The notes beneath the pieces are model-generated. The model searched no databases and was not told where the DNA came from. It worked only from the letters and a program-made list of their open reading frames with translations. Source: Chiloscyllium plagiosum (Eukaryota). From it: a DNA stretch of 20,000 nt. This document shows, piece by piece, positions 1 to 8,000 of the stretch. Position numbers and translations under genes: made by a program. Positions within the stretch are counted from its first letter, which is position 1, and each line of letters begins with the position of its first letter. The stretch covers positions 17,281,661-17,301,660 of the forward strand of contig NC_057750.1 of NCBI RefSeq assembly GCF_004010195.1, given 5' to 3'.

Positions 1-9
1 TTGCAATAC

Positions 10-120
10 CTTTGCAACCCTCCAGTGCTGGCCTGTTCTGCATTCCAGATTAAAAATGCTCCACCACTGGGGGCTGTAGCATCAGCTGCTGAGGCCTAAG
101 CTCTGGACCTCCCTCACTAT
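10..120 (+). mobile_element. Degraded L2-like LINE 3' fragment
   Basis: TCCACCACTGGGGGCTGTAGCATCAGCTGCTGAGGCCTAAGCTCTGG resembles the G-x-R-A-F-S-x-x-x-P-x-L-W-N C-terminal motif of L2-clade ORF2. Confidence 0.4.
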
Positions 121-148
121 TCCAGTAGTTCCCAAATCTTTTCCCACC

Positions 149-789
149 AGCAAATTGGATACACAATTGGCTTGATGGCATACTGACCTTCATCAGTCAG
201 GGCATTGAGTATTGAAATTGGGAAGTTATGTTGCGGTTGTACAGAATGTTGGTGAGGCCGCACTTGGAATATTGTATCCAATGTTGGTCACCTTGCTGTA
301 GGAAGGATGTTATGAAACTGGAAAGAGTGGAGACAAATTTACAGGGTTGTTGCCTGGAGTCAACATTCTGAGTTATAGGAAGAGGTTGAACAAGCTAGGA
401 GTTTTTTCTTTAGAGTGTAGGAGACTGAGGGGGGAAGTGTATAAGATCATGAGAGGCACGGATGGGGTGAATGAACTCGGTCCTTTACCCAGGGTTGAGG
501 AATCGTGGACTAGAGGACATCAGTTTAAGGTTGGGGAAAGAATAAGAGGAAGCCTGAGGGGCAACTTTTTTACACAGAGGGTGGTACACGTACGGAATGA
601 GCTGCCAGCAGAAGTTGGTGAAGTGGGTAAATTAACATCTTTTAAAAGGCATTTGGACAAATATATGGATAGGAAAGTTTTAGAAGGATAAGGGAAATGG
701 TGATAGCATAGGTGGACATGTTGGTCGGCATGGACCAGTTTGGGCCAAAGGGTCTGTCTCTGTGCTGTAGGACTCTATGACTCTATGAC
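149..789 (+). mobile_element. CR1 LINE 3' fragment with internal deletion
   Basis: CR1 ORF2 C-terminal peptides (LVRPHLEYC, GNFFTQRVV, FKRHLDKYM) and a 3' tail ending in (ACTCTATG)n at 772-789. Confidence 0.92.
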
Positions 790-1099
790 ACTGTGGCCCA
801 TATCAAGACTTGAAAGTTGTTACACTCTCTTAGTGAGAACCATAATAGTGCAGTAATGGGCTGTGGGTCTTGGGTAGGAGGCTTTGGGAATGGCATAGGG
901 CACTACGGGAAAGGAGTAGGAGGTTGTGAGAGAGGAGTAGGGGTTGTGGGGATGGTATGGGGACTGGAATTGATGCTCAATGACAGGCATGTGTATCATT
1001 TATAACTCTGATGGCCAGAAAGACTCTTCAAAATGGTACGATCATTACACCCCAGTCAGCAATTGCATTGTTGGACTGCTGGTATTGAAGAGGTACTGT

Positions 1100-1302
1100 T
1101 GGACAGTGCAGAGGGAGTACTGCACAGTTGGAGGGTCAACGCTGAGAGAGTGCTGCATTGTTGAAAGGTCAATGCTGACGTTGTGCTGCATTATTAGAGG
1201 GTCAGTGCTGAGAGTATGCTGCATTGTTGGAGGGTAAGATGTGATGATGTGCTACATTGGTGTAAGGTCATTGTTGAGGGTGTGCTGCATTATTGGAGGG
1301 TA
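1100..1302 (+). repeat. 33-bp minisatellite, block 1 (about 6 units; consensus near GAGGGAGTGCTGCATTGTTGGAGGGTCAGTGCT)
   Basis: Units start at 1111, 1144, 1177, 1210, 1243 and 1276; they produce the 11-aa RECCIVGGSVL-like periodicity in ORF 980..1237. Confidence 0.9.
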
Positions 1303-1980
1303 ACACAAGTGGATAAGGTGGTAAAGAAGGCATATGGCATGTCTACAACCAATGTTTGAGGCATGGAGTATAAAGGTTGGCAAGTTATGCTGCAACTACA
1401 TAAGCCTTTGGTTAGGCCACATTTGGAGTGCTGTGTGCAGTTCTGGGTGCCGCACTTTAGGAAGAATATAGAAGCTCTGGAGAGAGTGCGGAAGATGTTT
1501 ACTGAGGTGCTACCTGGATTGGAATATATTAGCTATAAGGAGAGGTTGGACAAACATGGATTGTTTTCACTAAAGTGTCAGTGGCTGAGGGGCGAGCTGA
1601 TAGAAGCATATAACATTATGAAAGACATGGATAGGGTGGATAGTCGGAGTCATTTTCCCAGGGTGGACATATCAAAATACTAGGCAACAAAGGTTTCATG
1701 TGAGAGGGGGAAAGTTTAAAGGAGATGTGTAAGGAAAGACTTTTTTATACTGAGGGTAGTATGTTCCTGCAATGTGTTGCTAAAGGAGGAGATGGTGGAA
1801 GCAGATATGATAGAAAAGTTTAGGAGGCATTTAGACAAACAAACGAACAGGCAGAGAATGGAGAGATATGGACCATGCAGGCAGTTGGGATTGGTTTAGA
1901 ATAGCATCATGGTTGGCACAAACATGGTGGGCTGAATGGCCTGTTCCTGTGATGTACTGTCTGTGTCCTATGTTCCATAT
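1303..1980 (+). mobile_element. CR1 LINE 3' fragment inserted in the 33-bp minisatellite
   Basis: ORF 1363..1683 has LVRPHLECCVQFW and WLRGELIEAYNIM; CR1 3' UTR GGGCTGAATGGCCTGTTCCTGTG at about 1929-1951. Confidence 0.92.
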
Positions 1981-2175
1981 CAGTGCTGAGAGTGTACCCT
2001 GCATTGGTGGAGGGTCAGTGGTGAGGGAGTGCTGCACTGGTTGTGTGCTGTATTGTTGAAGAGTCCGTATTGTGCATGTACTGCATTGTTGGAGAATCAG
2101 AATTGAGAATGTACTGCATTGTTGAAGGGTCAGTACTGAGGGTGTGATGCATTTTTCAAGGGTCATTGTTGGAGG
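1981..2175 (+). repeat. 33-bp minisatellite, block 2
   Basis: The same unit resumes after the CR1, e.g. TACTGCATTGTTGAAGGGTCAGTACTGAGGG at about 2112-2142. Confidence 0.88.
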
Positions 2176-2189
2176 AGTAAGGGAGTGTG

Positions 2190-2640
2190 TTGGATGATCA
2201 ACTGCAATCATATCGAATGTGGAGCGGGCTTGAAGGGCTGAAAGGAATAGGGCAAGGCAATGGCCTGGTGGTCTTACCACTGGACTGTTAATCCAGCGAC
2301 CCAGGTAATGTTCTGGGGACTCACTATGACAGATGGTGGAATTTGAATTCAATATAAATCTGGAATTAAGAGACGAACGATGACCACAAAGCCATTGTTG
2401 ATTGTCAGGAAAAGAACCCTGGTTCACTGATGCCCTTTAGGAAAGGAAACTGCCACCCTTATCTGGTCTGGCCTACATGTGACTCCAGACCCACAGCAAT
2501 GTGGCTGTCTCTCAACTACCTTCTGGGTAATTAGGGATGGGCAATAAACACTGGCCTAGCCAGCAACACCCTCATCCCATGAATAAATAAGGAAAAAGAG
2601 ATGGCTTTCTCCTGCTCCTGTATTCCATGTTTCTTTTGCT
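2190..2640 (+). mobile_element. Short CR1 3' tail (about 2190-2243 and 2600-2640) split by a SINE
   Basis: GAATGTGGAGCGGGCTTGAAGGGCTGAA joins to ATGGCTTTCTCCTGCTCCTGTATTCCATGTT to give a CR1-type 3' UTR. Confidence 0.7.
2251..2590 (+). mobile_element. tRNA-derived SINE with LINE-derived 3' tail
   Basis: A-box-like TGGCCTGGTGG at 2261-2271; tail TTAGGGATGGGCAATAAA...CATCCCATGAATAAAT shared with the LINE fragments at 2836-3256 and 7080-7645; second copy on the - strand at 9983-11250. Confidence 0.8.
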
Positions 2641-2835
2641 GACGGTGTATTGCTTCCTAAAGTTGGAGGGTCAGTGCTGAGGAAGCGCTACATTGTTAGA
2701 AATACTGTTTGTGGAAGAGATATTAAACGTGAGGTAAATATGTTTGCTTATGTGAATAGGAAAGCTCTCATGAAATTATTTCGAAGAGGTGATGGGGAGT
2801 TCTTCCAGTTATATATTTATTGTTCAATCAGAGTC

Positions 2836-3256
2836 AAGTAGCCTGCATTCATTAGTTCCCCATTCACCATCTTCAACATTTACTCTCTCCACCATCGGTG
2901 ATCAGTAGCAGCAGTGTATAGCATCTACAAGATGCACTGCAGAAACTCACCAGTGCTCCCTCGAAAGCAAATTCCAAACCCATGACCATTTCTATCTAGA
3001 AGGGCAAGGGCGGCAGATACATGAGAACACCGCTACCTGCAAGTTCCCTCCACCTCACCATTCTGACTTGGAACTGTATCACCGATTGTTCAATGTTTTG
3101 AGGTCAAAATCCTCAAATTCTCTCCCTGACGCTTGTGGGTCCAGCTACACCACATGGACTGCAGCGGTTTAAGAAGACAGCTCACAGGGCAATTAAGAAC
3201 GGGCAATAAATGTTGCACAGACAGTGACCCATGACGTGAATGAATAGCAAAAAAAT
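2836..3256 (+). mobile_element. LINE 3' fragment (CR1/L2-group, distinct from the main CR1 family)
   Basis: Encodes decayed IYKMHC and SKSxNSLP motifs; colinear with 7215-7645; ends in GGGCAATAAATG...TGAATGAATAGCAAAAAAA. Confidence 0.85.
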
Positions 3257-3330
3257 TCACAAAAACAGATGAACTGATCATGGCTGTTAATGGGATGTTG
3301 CCGTGTGCGCATTAGCTGCTGTTTCTTACT

Positions 3331-3456
3331 GAAGAAGGGCTTATGCCCGAAACGTCGATTCTCCTGCTCCTTTGATGCTGCCTGACCTGCTGCGCTTTTC
3401 CAGCAACACATTTTTCAGCTCTGATCTCCAGCATCTGCAGTCCTCACTTTCTCCTA
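3331..3456 (+). mobile_element. Penelope-like terminal (pseudo-LTR) fragment with 10-bp TSD
   Basis: Flanked by an exact direct repeat GTTTCTTACT (3321-3330 and 3457-3466); begins with the hammerhead-like core CTGAAGA-A-GGGC-TTAT-GCCC-GAAAC-GTC; homologous to 5007-5213 and 6851-6940. Confidence 0.8.
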
Positions 3457-3760
3457 GTTTCTTACTTTACAACAGTGACTACCATTCATAAAGAGCCTTA
3501 CTAGATATAAAGTACTTTGAGATGACTGGTGGTTGTGAAGAGAGATCTGTAAATACAGGCGTTTCTTTTCTATACTCAGTGACAGGTAGGGAATCAGGTT
3601 TCGGGGTTTTGGTTGAAGAGGAACTCAGCCCCAGCCCCCAAGCCCCTACCAGCACAGTTCAGATTACAGCACAACAGGAGCTGGAAGAGTCTGGACCTGG
3701 GCTGGAAATGGTCTGATCCCACAAATGGATTGAATGCCATTCAAACAATAAGTTAACAAA

Positions 3761-3870
3761 GGGACTGTTGTGGTGCAATGGTAGTGTCCTTACCTCTAAG
3801 CCAGGAGTCTTGCATTCAAGTCCCACCTACTCCAAAAATGTATGTCCACGTCTCTGATAGAAAATATCAA
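3761..3870 (+). mobile_element. Short tRNA-derived SINE
   Basis: A-box-like TGGTGCAATGG (3771-3781) and B-box-like ATTCAAGTCC (about 3814-3823); related inverted copy at 4010-4090. Confidence 0.7.
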
Positions 3871-4009
3871 CAATAATGAAACACAAAGTAAGTTGTAACC
3901 AGTGGCAGTAACTGCAAGTGTTGGGCTGGTGAATAAATCGGATTTGTGGCACAGAAACTGGCCTTTGAACCCAACTGGATTAGAAATTTTCTAATCAAGC
4001 TGATTAGCG

Positions 4010-4090
4010 ATGTTATTACACACCTCTGGGACTGGAATCTAGGTCTCCTGGCTCAGAGATAAGGACAGTACTACTGTGGCACAAGACCTT
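4010..4090 (-). mobile_element. Short tRNA-derived SINE, same family as 3761-3870
   Basis: Reverse complement reads TGTCCTTATCTCTGAGCCAGGAG...ATTCCAGTCCCA versus TGTCCTTACCTCTAAGCCAGGAG...ATTCAAGTCCCA. Confidence 0.7.
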
Positions 4091-4099
4091 GTTCAACTG

Positions 4100-4935
4100 G
4101 TCAGTCCTCTATACAAATCTCCACTGAACTTTTTTAAAAATTTAACTCAATTCACATGTATTTCTATTTATTTATGCCTCGTGTGTTCATCTAGCTTCCC
4201 CATCTGGATAGCTACACTATTCATCTCAGCAATGACACGTTAGCACATTCAGTATTCTAACCAGTCTCTCCATGATGACATTTCTCCTGAATCCTGTTGG
4301 GTTTACTGATGACTGCCCTGTTTATGATCTGAGGTCTTGTCTGCCCACATGTGGGAGCATATTATCAGAGTCACAAAAATGGATGCAACATTGAAGGAGT
4401 CCATTCAACCCATTGTGTCTGGGCTGACTCTCTGAATGAGAAATTCTCTCTGTGCCTTTCCCCATGGCCCTTCGTTTACACATAATGACCTGGTCCCTTC
4501 TTGAAAGCCTTGATTGAACATGCCTCCACAACACACTCAGGCAGTGCATTCCATATCCTGGGGGGAAGATGCCATGGCCAATCTTCCTGTTCTGCCACTA
4601 ACTCCAGAGGAAAGCTTGAGTGTCCTTGGCAATGTTTCTTCACGGCCACTCCTTAGAACTTGCAGCAGTTGTTCCTCAGAAGCTACAACACTGCTGTCTC
4701 TGTCACCTCTCCAGCTAAGGCAAGACCAATGGGAGATTTTTACTCTTCCCTCATTCTTCGTCCCAAAATGAATCACTTTGCATCTCTTTATGTTGAATTT
4801 CATCCACCACCCCCTTTCAAAGCTCTTCATAATTTTATAGACCATCCTTAATATTCTCTGCTCCAGTAAAGCATGTCCTCTCCTGCCTGCTGTTTCCTGA
4901 TGGACTGAATGCCTCTATTCCTGTAAAATTCTTGC
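4100..4935 (-). mobile_element. Cluster of old, fragmented CR1 remnants
   Basis: - strand peptides VYKIMKSFER and WWMKFNIKRCKVIHFG (about 4760-4845); CR1-like 3' end near 4365-4430. Confidence 0.6.
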
Positions 4936-5006
4936 TTAAGTTTGCTCCTCCTCTGGTGCCTCGATATCCATTAATGTCAGACAGTCGAGTCTTGGTTAAC
5001 AACGTT

Positions 5007-5213
5007 GAGAATGTGGTGCTGGAAAAGCAGGTCAGGCAGCATTCGAGGAGCAGGAGAATCGACGTTTCGGGCAAAAGTCCTTCATCAGGAAGGCTGAAAC
5101 GTTTTTGCCTGAAACGTCAACACTGCTGCTCCTCGGATGCTGCCTGCCCTGCTTTTCCAGCACCACACTCTTGACTCTAATCTCCAGCATCTGCAGTCCT
5201 AATTTTTGCTTAG
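5007..5213. mobile_element. Penelope-like terminal fragments in inverted arrangement (- copy 5007-5090, + copy about 5102-5213)
   Basis: GTGGTGCTGGAAAAGCAG...GACGTTTCGGGCAAAA is the reverse complement of TTTTGCCTGAAACGTC...CTGCTTTTCCAGCACCAC; the - arm carries CTGATGA-A-GGAC-TTTT-GCCC-GAAAC-GTC. Confidence 0.8.
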
Positions 5214-5278
5214 TCAACCATTGCTGATTTGGGGATGTGCGCTTATTAAAGTGAAGGCTTTGTGTTTGTTCACATTGG

Positions 5279-5313
5279 TCTAACTATGTTTCTCTCTCTA
5301 TTTTTCTTCACAG
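5279..5313 (+). promoter_or_regulatory. Branch point, polypyrimidine tract and 3' splice site of the SNAP25 exon
   Basis: CTAAC at 5280-5284, then TTTCTCTCTCTATTTTTCTTCACAG ending 5313. Confidence 0.85.
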
Positions 5314-5355
5314 TCCCTGGAAAGCACCCGTCGAATGCTGCAACTGGTGGAGGAG
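5314..5355 (+). CDS. SNAP25: SNAP25 internal coding exon (42 bp, SLESTRRMLQLVEE; equivalent to exon 3 of vertebrate SNAP25, N-terminal SNARE helix)
   Basis: TCC CTG GAA AGC ACC CGT CGA ATG CTG CAA CTG GTG GAG GAG translates to the SNAP25 peptide SLESTRRMLQLVEE (SNAP23 has SLESTRRILGLAIE here). Flanked by a polypyrimidine tract plus CACAG acceptor (ends 5313) and a GTACGA donor (5356); phase 0/0. The specific SNAP25 paralog cannot be determined from 14 aa. Confidence 0.95.
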
Positions 5356-5829
5356 GTACGAGGCCAGCAATAATTTCATTTGTTTTCTATGTTGGTCAAT
5401 TCCTGATCAAGTCAAGGCTACATTCCTGGGAGATTTTGTCAGCAAGACATGCTGAGCAGTCCAATGAGAGTTTTAAATCAGGTTGAAGACGATTTGAGAA
5501 AGCAGAAGCTCCTATGTGACTGGTTGGGTGTGTGATACACTGCTGACAGTACAACTCACATCTGTCAGCCACACATCAAATTTGACAGTGTGACCAATCA
5601 TTAATTTATACGATGATTAGATTGAGTAACAATTCCATCAGATTTACGTGATGGGATAGGATGCAGATGACGCACTAATCCTCTACTTTGAAACAGTGAG
5701 ACTGACCAGAAATCAATGAAACTAGCTATACATCTGCACTGAGAGAGAGCTCTGCAGCTCTGATAATCAATACCACATGGATCCACTTGCCAGCCAAGTA
5801 ACCTCAGCTCCCCTGGGCTAGTTGAAATA

Positions 5830-5960
5830 AACCAAAGTTCCTGTTGCTGATTTGTCAGTTCTTCCGTTTGGGAAATGTTCAGGCACATGAGGCAGATTTG
5901 TCGGTGATATTCCCTCTGGTTGAATCCACCCGTGTGCAAGCGCAGATTGCAGTTGCCAGT
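5830..5960 (-). mobile_element. Possible highly decayed RTE LINE remnant
   Basis: - strand peptide EYHRQICLMCLNISQTEELTNQQ weakly resembles the RTE motif xHxRCLRxILxIxWxDxxTNxE. Confidence 0.3.
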
Positions 5961-6714
5961 TTTGGTTTGACATATTCCACTTCCACTTATTCAAATAATC
6001 CTGTTTTCCTCATCGCCGATAATTTATAACTAAGATGAAAGTTTCCAAAGAGAAAATAGCAATTCTTTTAACACCCCAAATGACCTTCCTGCCAAGTTAA
6101 GTGCTGTTAACTACAATGCTGTTGTACCATTAATCAGAAAATTCATCCCTACGTCTGATTGAATATGCAAACCATTTTCAGCTGATCAAGGAGAGCTAGC
6201 ATGGATGTGTCTGCTGAATTTGATTTGAGGAGCAGGGGTCAGAGTTCTAACTCAGGGCCCACCATGATAGGATGGGGACATCTCTGATTGTTCATCCATG
6301 TTTAGAATGCCAATGTGTGATTGGGGATATTAACTCCCTCCATTGCAAGGTGCTAAATGATTCAGTAACAATTACTGAGTCTCACAAAGCTATGTGTGTT
6401 TTATCTGACATGGTTTGCTAAATGTAATTTAAGTAAATGTTTATTTTAGGACTGCAATTTGAACAGATTATCTGTTAGTGCTGTACTTGAAGGGAGCATT
6501 TGTCAAGTAGATCATCAAACCATTCATCCCACCTTATATGTTCACTATCTGAGCCACCACTGATTACCCATTTGTTTTTCTCATCAACAGTGCTGCTGCT
6601 GTTTGATGCCCTTGTACCACCAAACACATTGTGGTCTCATAGCTGTATGTGTTATTTCTTAGGTTCAGTTCTTACTTACAAAACTTCAAAATAGAGAAAC
6701 TTGTGCATTTGTCA

Positions 6715-7072
6715 TTCCTTGGCCATACACTTTGGCCATTCTGGGAACTTGTACATGGTCAGTCCTGGTCCTTGGCTCATTGGCTGTTCCGAGCCATGCT
6801 CATTGGCCATTCCTGGACCTTGCTCATTGGTCATATCTAGACCTTGGTCAAGATTAGAGTGGTGCTGGAAAAGCAGCAGGTCAGGCAGCATCCGAGGAGC
6901 AGGAAAATTGACATTTTGAGCAAAATCCCTTCTTCAGGAAACCTGGACCATGGCTCATTGGTTGTTCTGAGCCAAGCTCATTGGATATTCCTGGGTCTTG
7001 CTCATTGGCCATTCCTAGTCCATGCTCATTGGACATTGCTGGGCTTTGCCGATTGGCCATTTCTGAACCGTG
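6715..7072 (+). repeat. About 24-bp minisatellite (consensus near CCTGGNCCTTGCTCATTGGCCATT), interrupted at 6851-6940
   Basis: ATTGG cores recur near 6779, 6802, 6826, 6957, 6980, 7004, 7028 and 7052. Confidence 0.85.
6851..6940 (-). mobile_element. Penelope-like terminal fragment (decayed)
   Basis: GTGGTGCTGGAAAAGCAGCAGGTCAGGCAGCATCCGAGGAGCAGG...CCCTTCTTCAGGAA is homologous to 5013-5090. Confidence 0.8.
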
Positions 7073-7079
7073 GTTTGAG

Positions 7080-7645
7080 AAACCAAACTGAACTAGCCAT
7101 ATAAATACTGTGGCTACAAGAGTGGATCAGAGACTAGGAATACTTCGGTGAGTAACTCACTTGCCTGGATGGGTGCATCTCCTGCAACACTCAAGAAGCT
7201 TGACACACTCCAGGACAAAGCAGCCTGTTTGATTGGCACCACATCAACGAGCATCTATTCCTTCCACCACCAACATTCATTTACAGCAATGCATACTATC
7301 TACAAGATTCTCAGTAGAAAATCATGAAAGATCCTTCGATAGCACCTTCCAAGCCCACAGCCACTTGCATCTAGAAGGACAAGGGCAATAGATACTTGGG
7401 AACACCACCATTTGCAAGGTCTCCTCCAAGCTACTCACCATTCTGACAGAGAAATATATCACTACTCCTTCAGCATCGCTGGGTCAAAATCCTGGAATTC
7501 CCTCTATAAGTGGGTCTACTTACAGTGCACGGACTGCAGTGATACAAGAAGGCAACCCGCCATCACCTTCTCAAGGGGCACGAGGGATGGGCAATAAATG
7601 CTGGCCCAGTTAACGACACTCACATCACTCAAGTGAATAAAAAAA
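7080..7645 (+). mobile_element. LINE 3' fragment (same family as 2836-3256)
   Basis: Decayed ORF2 end (TLKKLDTLQDKAACLIG, SFSIAGSKSWNSL); tail GGGATGGGCAATAAATGCTGGCC...GAATAAAAAAA. Confidence 0.88.
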
Positions 7646-7669
7646 TTGAAGGATTATCCTCTCTTCATG

Positions 7670-8000
7670 ACAAATCTCTTTTGATCCCCTTCTTGTACAG
7701 TTGCCCGTTTCCGAGGCTGAACCTAAGCAGCTCATGTGTTTTCTTATTCTCTCTAGGCTTTGACATTCAATCTGTAGCTTCTGTCCTGACTCAATCTCCT
7801 GTGTCCTCATCTTCTTTCGAACAACCACATACAACCCTCTGTGGCCTCCTGCTGCAGCCTCGAGATATTCAGTGACCTTGCGCCAAACCCAAAGGCTGAC
7901 ATGTCGAAGACCCTTTTACGCTGTGATACAGCTGACTACAGACAGGCCTGCTGCTCCCAGTTGACCATATTCCCATTGTCTAAAACAGCTGAACTCCCGG
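7670..8000 (-). mobile_element. Possible old RTE LINE remnant
   Basis: - strand RKRVFD (about 7903-7920) and ASET...LYK-like segment (about 7690-7720) resemble RTE ORF2 motifs AFGRLRKRVF and YGSETWxLY. Confidence 0.35.

Larger units (their letters stand above)
2660..3572 (+). mobile_element. Deu-domain SINE (SacSINE1/AmnSINE1-like): body 2660-2830, tail 3257-3330 plus 3457-3572
   Basis: GTGCTGAGGAAGCGCTACATTGTTAGA...GAGATATTAAACGTGAGG...TATTTCGAAGAG...GGGGAGTTCT and ACAACAGTGACTAC...TAAAGTACTTTGAGATG match my recollection of the Deu-SINE body and L2-type tail; colinear with the - strand copy at 9165-9735. Confidence 0.7.

Noticed and set aside
855..970. G-rich tract as a functional G-quadruplex or Gly-rich ORF
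   Set aside because: Irregular low-complexity sequence with no supporting context.
980..2427. Cys-rich ORFs (980..1237, 1868..2059) and 198-aa ORF 1831..2427
   Set aside because: Translations of the 33-bp minisatellite and adjoining CR1 and SINE sequence.
5262..5486. 74-aa ORF overlapping the exon
   Set aside because: Wrong frame; it reads through the polypyrimidine tract and splice sites of the real exon.
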